NCBI GenBank assembly: GCA_964016885.1
Contig: OZ024741.1
Location: forward strand, 127,844,001 to 127,908,000
Reading direction: 5' to 3'
Source: Eledone cirrhosa
Lineage: Eukaryota
DNA: 64,000 nucleotides
Of this stretch, positions 29,301 through 42,194 are shown one piece after another. Made by a program: the position numbers and the translations under genes. Numbering within the stretch: position 1 is the first letter of the stretch; every line of letters starts with the position of its first letter. Under the pieces are notes generated by a model. That model worked only from the letters and a program-made list of their open reading frames with translations, searched no databases and had not been told where the DNA came from.

Positions 29301-32300
29301 AAGTCATGTTATCCAACTCTACCAATACTGACCATCTAAATACCGTAAATCATGTTGTCCAACTCTACCAGTACTGACCATCTAAATACCGTAAGTCATG
29401 TTGTCCAACTCTTCCAATACTGACCATCTAAATACCGTAAGCCATGTTGTCCAATTCTTCCAATACTGACCATCTAAATACCGTAAGTCATGTTGTCCAA
29501 CTCTACCAGTACTGACCATCTAAATACCGTAAGGCCTGTTGTCCAACTCTTCCAATACTGACCATCTAAATACCGTAAGTCATGTTGTCCAACTCTACCA
29601 GTACTGACCATCTAAATACCGTAAGTCATGTTGTCCAACTCTACCAATACTGCCCATCTAAATACCGTAAGGCCTGTTGTCCAACTCTTCCAATACTGAC
29701 CATCTAAATACCGTAAGTCATGTTGTCCAACTCTTCCAATACTGACCATCTAAATACCGTAAGTCATGTTGTCCAACTCTTCCAATACTGACCATCTAAA
29801 TACCGTAAGTCATGTTGTCCAACTCTACCAATACTGCCCATCTAAATACCGTAAGCCATGTTGTCCAACTCTTCCAATACTGACCATCTAAATACCGTAA
29901 GTCATGTTGTCCAACTCTTCCAATACTGACCATCTAAATACCGTAACTCATGTTGTCCAACTCTTCCAATACTGACCATCTAAATACCGTAAGCCATGTT
30001 GTCCAACTCTTCCAATACTGACCATCTAAATACCGTAAGTCATGTTGTCCAACTCTACCAATACTGACCATCTAAATACCGTAAGGCCTGTTGTCCAACT
30101 CTTCCAATACTGACCATCTAAATACCGTAAGTCATGTTGTCCAACTCTACCAATACTGCCTATCTAAATACCGTAAGTCATGTTGTCCAACTCTTCCAAT
30201 ACTGACCATCTAAATACCGTAAGGCCTGTTGTCCAACTCTTCCAATACTGACCATCTAAATACCGTAAGGCCTGTTGTCCAACTCTTCCAATACTGACCA
30301 TCTAAATACCGTAAGGCCTGTTGTCCAACTCTTCCAATACTGACCATCTAAATACCGTAAGTCATGTTGTCCAACTCTTCCAATACTGACCATCTAAATA
30401 CCGTAAGGCCTGTTGTCCAACTCTTCCAATACTGACCATCTAAATACCGTAAGTCATGTTGTCCAACTCTTCCAATACTGACCATCTAAATACCGTAAGG
30501 CCTGTTGTCCAACTCTTCCAATACTGACCATCTAAATACCGTAAGGCCTGTTGTCCAACTCTTCCAATACTGACCATCTAAATACCGTAAGGCCTGTTGT
30601 CCAACTCTACCAATACTGACCATCTAAATACCGTAAGGCCTGTTGTCCAACTCTTCCAATACTGACCATCTAAATACCGTAAGTCATGTTGTCCAACTCT
30701 TCCAATACTGACCATCTAAATACCGTAAGTCATGTTGTCCAACTCTTCCAATACTGACCATCTAAATACCGTAAGCCATGTTGTCCAACTCTTCCAATAC
30801 TGACCATCTAAATACCGTAAGTCATGTTGTCCAACTCTACCAATACTGCCCATCTAAATACCGTAAGTCATGTTGTCCAACTCTTCCAATACTGACCATC
30901 TAAATACCGTAAGTCATGTTGTCCAACTCTTCCAATACTGACCATCTAAATACCGTAAGTCATGTTGTCCAACTCTTCCAATACTGACCATCTAAATACC
31001 GTAAGCCATGTTGTCCAACTCTTCCAATACTGACCATCTAAATACCGTAAGTCATGTTGTCCAACTCTACCAATACTGACCATCTAAATACCGTAAGGCC
31101 TGTTGTCCAACTCTTCCAATACTGACCATCTAAATACCGTAAGTCATGTTGTCCAACTCTACCAATACTGACCATCTAAATACCGTAAGGCCTGTTGTCC
31201 AACTCTTCCAATACTGACCATCTAAATACCGTAAGTCATGTTGTCCAACTCTACCAATACTGACCATCTAAATACCGTAAGGCCTGTTGTCCAACTCTTC
31301 CAATACTGACCATCTAAATACCGTAAGTCACGTTGTCCAACTCTTCCAATACTGACCATCTAAATACCGTAAGTCATGTTGTCCAACTCTACCAATACTG
31401 ACCATCTAAATACCGTAAGTCATGTTGTCCAACTCTACCAATACTGACCATCTAAATACCGTAAGTCATGTTGTCCAACTCTACCAATACTGACCATCTA
31501 AATACCGTAAGTCATGTTGTCCAACTCTACCAATACTGACCATCTAAATACCGTAAGTCATGTTGTCCAACTCTACCAATACTGACCATCTAAATACCGT
31601 AAGGCCTGTTGTCCAACTCTTCCAATACTGACCATCTAAATACCGTAAGTCATGTTGTCCAACTCTACCAATACTGACCATCTAAATACCGTAAGGCCTG
31701 TTGTCCAACTCTACCAATACTGACCATCTAAATACCGTAAGGCCTGTTGTCCAACTCTTCCAATACTGACCATCTAAATACCGTAAGTCATGTTGTCCAA
31801 CTCTTCCAATACTGACCATCTAAATACCGTAAGTCATGTTGTCCAACTCTACCAATACTGACCATCTAAATACCGTAAGGCCTGTTGTCCAACTCTTCCA
31901 ATACTGACCATCTAAATACCGTAAGTCATGTTGTCCAACTCTACCAATACTGACCATCTAAATACCGTAAGGCCTGTTGTCCAACTCTACCAATACTGCC
32001 CATCTAAATACCGTAAGTCATGTTGTCCAACTCTACCAATACTGACCATCTAAATACCGTAAGGCCTGTTGTCCAACTCTACCAATTCTGACCATCTAAA
32101 TACCGTAAGTCATGTTGTCCAACTCTTCCAATACTGACCATCTAAATACCGTAAGTCATGTTGTCCAACTCTACCAATACTGACCATCTAAATACCGTAA
32201 GGCCTGTTGTCCAACTCTACCAATTCTGACCATCTAAATACCGTAAGTCATGTTGTCCAACTCTTCCAATACTGACCATCTAAATACCGTAAGTCATGTT

Positions 32301-35300
32301 GTCCAACTCTACCAATACTGACCATCTAAATACCGTAAGTCATGTTGTCCAACTCTACCAATACTGACCATCTAAATACCGTAAGTCATGTTGTCCAACT
32401 CTACCAATACTGACCATCTAAATACCGTAAGTCATGTTGTCCAACTCTACCAATACTGCCCATCTAAATACCGTAAGGCCTGTTGTCCAACTCTTCCAAT
32501 ACTGACCATCTAAATACCGTAAGGCCTGTTGTCCAACTCTTCCAATACTGACCATCTAAATACCGTAAGTCATGTTGTCCAACTCTTCCAGTACTGACCA
32601 TCTAAATACCGTAAGTCATGTTGTCCAACTCTTCCAATACTGCCCATCTAAATACCGTAAGGCCTGTTGTCCAACTCTACCAATTCTGACCATCTAAATA
32701 CCGTAAGTCATGTTGTCCAACTCTTCCAATACTGACCATCTAAATACCGTAAGTCATGTTGTCCAACTCTACCAATACTGACCATCTAAATACCGTAAGT
32801 CATGTTGTCCAACTCTACCAATACTGACCATCTAAATACCGTAAGTCATGTTGTCCAACTCTACCAATACTGACCATCTAAATACCGTAAGTCATGTTGT
32901 CCAACTCTACCAATACTGCCCATCTAAATACCGTAAGGCCTGTTGTCCAACTCTTCCAATACTGACCATCTAAATACCGTAAGGCCTGTTGTCCAACTCT
33001 TCCAATACTGACCATCTAAATACCGTAAGTCATGTTGTCCAACTCTTCCAATACTGACCATCTAAATACCGTAAGTCATGTTGTCCAACTCTTCCAATAC
33101 TGACCATCTAAATACCGTAAGTCATGTTGTCCAACTCTTCCAATACTGACCATCTAAATACCGTAAGTCATGTTGTCCAACTCTTCCAATACTGACCATC
33201 TAAATAGCGTAAGTCATGTTGTCCAACTCTACCAATACTGCCCATCTAAATACCGTAAGTCATGTTGTCCAACTCTTCCAATACTGACCATCTAAATACC
33301 GTAAGTCATGTTGTCCAACTCTTCCAATACTGACCATCTAAATACCGTAAGTCATGTTGTCCAACTCTTCCAATACTGACCATCTAAATACCGTAAGTCA
33401 TGTTGTCCAACTCTTCCAATACTGACCATCTAAATACCGTAAGTCATGTTGTCCAACTCTACCAATACTGCCCATCTAAATACCGTAAGCCATGTTGTCC
33501 AACTCTACCAATACTGCCCATCTAAATACCGTAAGTCATGTTGTCCAACTCTACCAATACTGCCCATCTAAATACCGTAAGTCATGTTGTCCAACTCTAC
33601 CAATACTGACCATCTAAATACCGTAAGTCATGTTGTCCAACTCTACCAATACTGACCATCTAAATACCGTAAGTCATGTTATCCAACTCTACCAATACTG
33701 ACCATCTAAATACCGTAAGTCATGTTGTCCAACTCTACCAATACTGCCCATCTAAATACCGTAAGTCATGTTGTCCAACTCTTCCAATACTGACCATCTA
33801 AATACCGTAAGTCATGTTGTCCAACTCTACCAATACTGCCCATCTAAATACCGTAAGCCATGTTGTCCAACTCTACCAATACTGCCCATCTAAATACCGT
33901 AAGTCATGTTGTCCAACTCTACCAATACTGCCCATCTAAATACCGTAAGTCATGTTGTCCAACTCTACCAATACTGACCATCTAAATACCGTAAGTCATG
34001 TTGTCCAACTCTACCAATACTGACCATCTAAATACCGTAAGTCATGTTGTCCAACTCTACCAATACTGCCCATCTAAATACCGTAAGGCCTGTTGTCCAA
34101 CTCTACCAATACTGACCATCTAAATACCGTAAGTCATGTTGTCCAACTCTACCAATACTGACCATCTAAATACCGTAAGTCATGTTGTCCAACTCTACCA
34201 ATACTGCCCATCTAAATACCGTAAGTCATGTTGTCCAACTCTACCAATACTGACCATCTAAATACCGTAAGTCATGTTGTCCAACTCTACCAATACTGAC
34301 CATCTAAATACCGTAAGCCATGTTGTCCAACTCTTCCAATACTGACCATCTAAATACCGTAAGTCATGTTGTCCAACTCTACCAATACTGACCATCTAAA
34401 TACCGTAAGTCATGTTGTCCAACTCTACCAATACTGACCATCTAAATACCGTAAGTCATGTTGTCCAACTCTACCAATACTGACCATCTAAATACCGTAA
34501 GTCATGTTGTCCAACTCTACCAATACTGCCCATCTAAATACCGTAAGTCATGTTGTCCAACTCTACCAATACTGACCATCTAAATACCGTAAGTCATGTT
34601 GTCCAACTCTACCAGTACTGACCATCTAAATACCGTAAGCCATGTTGTCCAACTCTTCCAATACTGACCATCTAAATACCGTAAGTCATGTTGTCCAACT
34701 CTACCAATACTGCCCATCTAAATACCGTAAGCCATGTTGTCCAACTCTTCCAATACTGACCATCTAAATACCGTAAGTCATGTTGTCCAACTCTACCAAT
34801 ACTGACCATCTAAATACCGTAAGGCCTGTTGTCCAACTCTACCAATACTGACCATCTAAATACTGTAAGTCATGTTGTCCAACTCTTCCAATACTGACCA
34901 TCTAAATACCGTAAGGCCTGTTGTCCAACTCTACCAATACTGACCATCTAAATACCGTAAGTCATGTTGTCCAACTCTTCCAATACTGACCATCTAAATA
35001 CCGTAAGTCATGTTGTCCAACTCTTCCAATACTGACCATCTAAATACCGTAAGTCATGTTGTCCAACTCTACCAATACTGACCATCTAAATACCGTAAGT
35101 CATGTTGTCCAACTCTTCCAATACTGACCATCTAAATACCGTAAGTCATGTTGTCCAACTCTTCCAATACTGACCATCTAAATACCGTAAGTCATGTTGT
35201 CCAACTCTTCCAGTACTGACCATCTAAATACCGTAAGGCCTGTTGTCCAACTCTTCCAATACTGACCATCTAAATACCGTAAGCCATGTTGTCCAACTCT

Positions 35301-37370
35301 ACCAATACTGACCATCTAAATACCGTAAGTCATGTTGTCCAACTCTTCCAATACTGACCATCTAAATACCGTAAGTCATGTTGTCCAACTCTTCCAATAC
35401 TGACCATCTAAATACCGTAAGTCATGTTGTCCAACTCTTCCAGTACTGACCATCTAAATACCGTAAGGCCTGTTGTCCAACTCTTCCAATACTGACCATC
35501 TAAATACCGTAAGTCATGTTGTCCAACTCTTCCAGTACTGACCATCTAAATACCGTAAGTCATGTTGTCCAACTCTTCCAATACTGACCATCTAAATACC
35601 GTAAGTCATGTTGTCCAACTCTTCCAGTACTGACCATCTAAATACCGTAAGGCCTGTTGTCCAACTCTTCCAATACTGACCATCTAAATACCGTAAGTCA
35701 TGTTGTCCAACTCTACCAATACTGACCATCTAAATACCGTAAGTCATGTTGTCCAACTCTTCCAGTACTGACCATCTAAATACCGTAAGTCATGTTGTCC
35801 AACTCTTCCAGTACTGACCATCTAAATACCGTAAGTCATGTTGTCCAACTCTTCCAATACTGACCATCTAAATACCGTAAGTCATGTTGTCCAACTCTAC
35901 CAATACTGACCATCTAAATACCGTAAGTCATGTTGTCCAACTCTTCCAATACGGACCATCTAAATACCGTAAGTCATGTTGTCCAACTCTTCCAGTACTG
36001 ACCATCTAAATACCGTAAGTCATGTTGTCCAACTCTTCCAATACTGACCATCTAAATACCGTAAGTCATGTTGTCCAACTCTTCCAGTACTGACCATCTA
36101 AATACCGTAAGGCCTGTTGTCCAACTCTTCCAATACTGACCATCTAAATACCGTAAGTCATGTTGTCCAACTCTACCAATACTGACCATCTAAATACCGT
36201 AAGTCATGTTGTCCAACTCTTCCAGTACTGACCATCTAAATACCGTAAGCCATGTTGTCCAACTCTTCCAATACTGACCATCTAAATACCGTAAGTCATG
36301 TTGTCCAACTCTTCCAATACTGACCATCTAAATACCGTAAGTCATGTTGTCCAACTCTACCAGTACTGACCATCTAAATACCGTAAGTCATGTTGTCCAA
36401 CTCTTCCAATACTGACCATCTAAATACCGTAAGTCATGTTGTCCAACTCTACCAATACTGACCATCTAAATACCGTAAGTCATGTTGTCCAACTCTACCA
36501 ATACTGCCCATCTAAATACCGTAAGGCCTGTTGTCCAACTCTTCCAATACTGACCATCTAAATACCGTAAGTCATGTTATCCAACTCTACCAATACTGAC
36601 CATCTAAATACCGTAAGTCATGTTGTCCAACTCTACCAGTACTGACCATCTAAATACTGTAAGTCATGTTGTCCAACTCTTCCAATACTGACCATCTAAA
36701 TACCGTAAGCCATGTTGTCCAACTCTTCCAATACTGACCATCTAAATACCGTAAGTCATGTTGTCCAACTCTACCAGTACTGACCATCTAAATACCGTAA
36801 GGCCTGTTGTCCAACTCTTCCAATACTGACCATCTAAATACCGTAAGTCATGTTGTCCAACTCTACCAATACTGACCATCTAAATACCGTAAGGCCTGTT
36901 GTCCAACTCTTCCAATACTGACCATCTAAATACCGTAAGTCATGTTGTCCAACTCTACCAATACTGACCATCTAAATACCGTAAGGCCTGTTGTCCAACT
37001 CTTCCAATACTGACCATCTAAATACCGTAAGTCATGTTGTCCAACTCTACCAGTACTGACCATCTAAATACCGTAAGGCCTGTTGTCCAACTCTTCCAAT
37101 ACTGACCATCTAAATACCGTAAGTCATGTTGTCCAACTCTTCCAATACTGACCATCTAAATACCGTAAGTCATGTTGTCCAACTCTACCAATACTGACCA
37201 TCTAAATACCGTAAGTCATGTTGTCCAACTCTTCCAATACTGACCATCTAAATACCGTAAGGCCTGTTGTCCAACTCTTCCAATACTGACCATCTAAATA
37301 CCGTAAGTCATGTTGTCCAACTCTACCAGTACTGACCATCTAAATACCGTAAATCATGTTGTCCAACTCT
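23319..37370. repeat. 46-bp tandem satellite, ~305 copies
   Basis: Consensus CTAAATACCGTAAGTCATGTTGTCCAACTCTACCAATACTGACCAT; starts at 23319, 23365, 23411 give period 46. Confidence 0.97.
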
Positions 37371-37373
37371 TCT

Positions 37374-37549
<176 letters not shown>

Positions 37550-37608
37550 AGTGAAATGACAGGACGAATATTTTGAATTTCCTTAATTTTTTTATTTTTT
37601 ATTCCTGC

Positions 37609-37670
37609 AAACATTATGCACATTTCAGTGGACAGTTTGCGTAAGAACCCGTTGACCTCGTCAGGTGTAA
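37609..37670 (-). ncRNA. Degenerate hammerhead in a pLTR fragment (37548-37960)
   Basis: Minus strand CTGACGA...aactgtccact-GAAA-TGTGCA-TA-atgt; stems partly decayed. Confidence 0.5.
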
Positions 37671-37980
37671 ATTTCGTAATAGATGTATACCAACGGAATA
37701 ATGATAAACTTTAAGGAAACGAGCAAAGAAAAGACAGAGAGGAAAAAGTTTGTGTTTATGTTTTTGACCCAGAGACGGACGAAGTAGCATACTGCCACCT
37801 TGCTCCCCCTTATAGAGAATATATATGTGTATATGTTTAGGTACGCAAAATATGCAAATATGCTCATACACGTACACAAACAGGTACGCAGACGCGCATG
37901 CGCATACGCACATATACATATACTTATTATTATGAACACACATACATTCATACTTCTATATTTCTATAATATTTTTATGT

Positions 37981-38027
<47 letters not shown>

Positions 38028-38437
38028 CATACACACATACATACATGCATTCGTACGTATATATATGCATTCGTACATATATACATATAAATACACACAC
38101 AGACATACGTATACATCCAAAGAAATTAATATTAATATTTCTACACATTAATGATTTATATAAACAAATAAACAATGTATGAGCACTTTGTATAAACATG
38201 GACAAATTATTAACATTCTTTTAATATTTTTGGTTCATTTACTGGTTTCACATTTTGCATTATACATATGTATAAATGTATATATTATACATATGTATAA
38301 ATGTATATATTATACATATGTATAAATGTATATATTATACATATGTATAAATGTATATATATAAGCGTTACATTAATAATTAATATACATGCATATATTT
38401 ATATTTATAAAAACATAAATATTAATATCACAATATC

Positions 38438-38468
<31 letters not shown>

Positions 38469-38508
38469 TCACACACACAGAAACACACACACCCACCCAC
38501 ATATATGT

Positions 38509-38547
<39 letters not shown>

Positions 38548-38597
38548 CATCGATCTACATATATAATATAATCTCTCTCTATGTATGTATGTATACA

Positions 38598-38700
38598 CAG
38601 TGGCGGACTGGCCAGGTTGCCAGGTTGCCCAATAGAAAGTGGGCCTCCCACGGTAGCATTGCAAGAACCTACATAGCATTGCAGGGCCCACGAGGGTATT
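38598..38700 (+). mobile_element. Possible hAT-type DNA transposon terminus
   Basis: CAGTGGCGGACTGGCC start with gggcc subterminal motifs; partner TIR not found. Confidence 0.35.
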
Positions 38701-38956
38701 TTAGAGGCCAATGCTTTGCTTTAAAAAATACCTGAAATCTAAGAGAAAGAATAAAATTAAAATAAAAAAATAGATAAAACAATTAATCAAAGCATTTGGT
38801 CAACCAATTCCCCAGGGAATTACTAGAAACCCAAATATATGTTGGTACAAATAGCTGGAAACAGTGGTTGTACATTTTACTAAATCTAAAGCTTAGTGTA
38901 TTCATTCATGCATGCAAACATACATATATAGACACAGACACACATATATATATATA

Positions 38957-39038
<82 letters not shown>

Positions 39039-39096
39039 CGTAGCTCCCGGGTTGAATGAAACAGTACTAGTCCTGTAGAAGCTCCTTCTATAAAAT

Positions 39097-39144
<48 letters not shown>

Positions 39145-39817
39145 GTAGAACAGTGGAAGGTAATATCCGTAGTGGTAGAGCACTCAGTCCATGGGACGAG
39201 TTAGGTAGAAGTGGTTACACAACAGTTAGTTCACCATACCGAGAACAATTGTTTCACCTTACCGGATCGTTAGCTCGTAATGGACATGGTTATACGGAAC
39301 AGGAAGGACAACCGTACGAACGCGCATGCGCGGAAACCGTCACTTCACACAGGCAATACTAAAAAGCGTGCGAGAGGTGTAAGGGAGATAACTGCGAAAG
39401 TTCGAAAAGTTTCTAGTTGATAAGAAAATTAGGATGTTGTTGTGATTCAATCCGGAGCTTTGTAGTTATGTAAGAGGTGTTTCGAGACGTATGGACAACG
39501 TGTAAAGAATTCATTTCTCGTGTTTAGGCAATCACTATTGCATAATCTCTTTAGAATATTTATTCGTTCATCAATACATAGTCCACACGACGGATTTCCC
39601 CTTGCGTATGGTTTGGACTTAGTGATGGCTTTTCATTGAATGGAGTAGTCTATACTTGAGTCCTTGAGGGACCATATGTGGCTCGCGAGTTTCGTGGATG
39701 AACTTTTGTCCGGGTACCTAAAGGTCGACTGGTGGTTCAGGAAGCGTTCCTTAAATCGGCCCTCCGTCATACACACATAGGATTTGACCTCCTGTGGTTG
39801 ATTTGGTCGGTTGGAGT

Positions 39818-41040
39818 AGCCTGGGCAAAGAAGTCAACAATTTCAGACCTATTCGACGTCTCCATGGGATCGTTTGACAGTGCTGACGTATGCGACTTGG
39901 TTGGCCTATTTATTTTAGATATATTACGTGTTAGATTCCCGGACTTCCACACGGGAATATATCGCGACGTCGGACTGACCTTATCGAGCCATAAACGTGG
40001 TCACGACTTCGACCGGTTTAAAAAAGACGTAGGTTCTACCTTCAATGAGTTAGGACTTAGGATAACAGTAGCTACCAACCTCTCTAGCGTAGATTTCTTA
40101 GACATTAATTTAGACCTTCGCACACACACCTACAGACCCTTCCATAAGGTAAACGAAAAACTCAATTACATTCACAAGAACTCATGCCACCCTCCCACTG
40201 TTTTTAGAAACTTCGTAAATAATATCAGTTCTAGAATCTCAAACCTCTCCTCTAATAAGGCTATCTTTGACAGGGCGGCACCCTACTATAACACGGCGTT
40301 AGCTAACAGTGGCTTCTCGCAACCTATCACTTACTCTCCCACTATCAACAACAGCAATAAGAAAAGAAAGCGTAACAATAGACAAACTATCTGGTTCTTT
40401 GCTCCCTTCTCACTCAACGTTAAAACCAATGTAGGCAAAACATTTCTAGCCCTCTTAGATAGACACTTTCCCGTAGGTCATAAATACCGCTCCATATTTA
40501 ACCGACACAAAGTAAAACTAGGATACTCCTGCGCTAAGAACATGAAGGCCCACATCACCAACAGCCCTAAGAGCAACACCCCACCAGGGTGCTCTTGTCG
40601 TAAACCCGAAGCTTGTCCCCTTCAACAGCAATGCAACACACCCGCTGTAATTTATGAAGTTGAGGTCACTTCCAACCGACAAAAATCAACCACAGGAGGT
40701 CAAATCCTATGTGGGTATGACGGAGGGCCGATTTAAGGAACGCTTCCTGAACCACCAGTCGACCTTTAGGTACTCGGACAGACGTTCATCCACGAAACTC
40801 GCGAGTCACGTATGGTCCCTCAAGGACTCAAGTATAGACTACTCCATTCAATGGAAAGCCATCACTAAGTCCAAGCCATACGCAAGGGGAAATCCGTCGT
40901 GTGGACTATGTATTGATGAACGAATAAATATTCTAAAGAGATTATGCAATAGTGATTGCCTAAACACGAGAAATGAATTCTTTACACGTTGTCCACACGT
41001 CTCGAAACACCTCTTACATAACTACAAAGCTCCGGATTGA
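39818..41040 (+). pseudogene. Penelope-like RT (partial) + GIY-YIG endonuclease
   Basis: FDVSMGSFDSADVCDLVG, GIYRDVGL (catalytic DD altered), FLDINLDL, CSCRKPEACPLQQQC..VIYEVEV..YVGMTEGRFKERFLNH..CGLC; frameshift ~40685. Confidence 0.88.
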
Positions 41041-41209
41041 ATCACAACAACATCCTAATTTTCTTATCAACTAGAAACTTTTCGAACTTTCGCAGTTATC
41101 TCCCTTACACCTCTCGCACGCTTTTTAGTATTGCCTGTGTGAAGTGACGGTTTCCGCGCATGCGCGTTCGTACGGTTGTCCTTCCTGTTCCGTATAACCA
41201 TGTCCATTA

Positions 41210-41247
41210 CGAGCTGAGGATCCGTTAAGGTGAAACAATTGTTCTCG
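41210..41247 (+). ncRNA. Minimal type I hammerhead ribozyme
   Basis: stem I cgag/ctcg; CTGAGGA; short stem II cc/gg; GAAA-CAATTG-TT with palindromic stem III; inverted copy 39240-39278 has CTAACGA. Confidence 0.7.
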
Positions 41248-41302
41248 ATATGGTGAACTAACCGTTGTGTAACCACTTCTATATATATATATATATATAT
41301 AT

Positions 41303-41635
41303 AGTGGTAGAACACTGGGAGATAATATCCGTAGTGGTAGAGCACTCAGTCCATGGGACGAGTTAGGTAGAAGTGGTTCGAGGATGTAGTTTATGGAACA
41401 CCCAAATGATTTAGGAGTCGACCTTAAGTAGGAGCAATAACATTAAGAAAGATATGAACGACACAACAACACTTTATTTTGAACACTTTGAAAGTAGGTT
41501 TATAAGTATGAATTTTCATAAGATTTTCGTAGTTGTCTCTGTGGCCTAGTGGTAGGTACTGGGGATCCTGGACTTGTGTTCGATCCTGGTCAAGAGATAC
41601 ATGTAACTTTTTTTTTAGTTGTGTAACCACTTCTA
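41303..41635 (+). mobile_element. Non-autonomous element with family B Penelope termini and a tRNA-like Pol III cassette
   Basis: 41303-41378 matches 39141-39216; 41618-41635 matches 41264-41281; internal A box 41542-41552, B box 41578-41586, T9 41608-41616. Confidence 0.6.
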
Positions 41636-41759
41636 TATATATATATATGAATATATGTATATATATATATATTTATAGATAGCTGTGAAACAAATCGAGG
41701 ATCCTGCTCAAGAGGAATATGTAACCGTTTTCAGTTTTTATTTTACAACCAATAGAAAA

Positions 41760-41962
41760 AAACTGAAAAGGTTTACCGGGAACCCTACTCCCAACCAGGA
41801 TTGAACTTCAGACCAGGACCACTATGATTCCTCCAACTACGCAACAGCTACAAAAGTATAAGAAAAATTCATAATTATAAATCTACTTTCAAAATCCAAG
41901 TTAAACAGATGTGGTGTCGTTCATGGCTTTCCTAGAGCTAATAGTAATATTTAGGGTCGATT
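41760..41962 (-). mobile_element. Diverged second copy of the tRNA-like cassette
   Basis: Reverse complement shares tcgacc.taa, atgaacgacac, tttgaaagtag.tttataa.tatgaatttt, gttcaatcctggt with 41418-41590. Confidence 0.6.
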
Positions 41963-42030
41963 GTCAATCTCCTGGCCCTTTGTGTGTTTAACTGTTGAAT
42001 TAATGTAATTTGAATATTTTAGCAAACAAA

Positions 42031-42192
42031 TAATTGTTTCTACTTTTGGCACAAGGCCAGCAATTACCCAGTGCATTACTGGTACTTTATTTTATCGACC
42101 CCGTAAGGATGAAAGGCAAAGTCAACCTCGGCGGGATTTGAACTCAGATCGTAAAGGGACGTAACTATGCTGGAAAGCATGGCGTCCGACCC
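42031..42192 (-). mobile_element. tRNA-derived SINE, head interrupted by Helitron
   Basis: Reverse copy nearly identical to 49898-50045. Confidence 0.85.
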
Positions 42193-42194
42193 TA

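Larger units (their letters stand above)
39141..41281 (+). mobile_element. 5'-truncated Penelope-like element (family B) with ~610-bp inverted arm
   Basis: 39206-39817 is the reverse complement of 40668-41281; left arm carries an extra ~65-bp tail; flanked by (TA)n both sides. Confidence 0.9.

Noticed and set aside
23319-37370. CRISPR array
   Set aside because: Monomers are head-to-tail with no unique spacers, no cas genes, eukaryotic context.
41535-41600. Functional tRNA gene
   Set aside because: A-B box spacing too short, T stem and anticodon arm do not pair properly.
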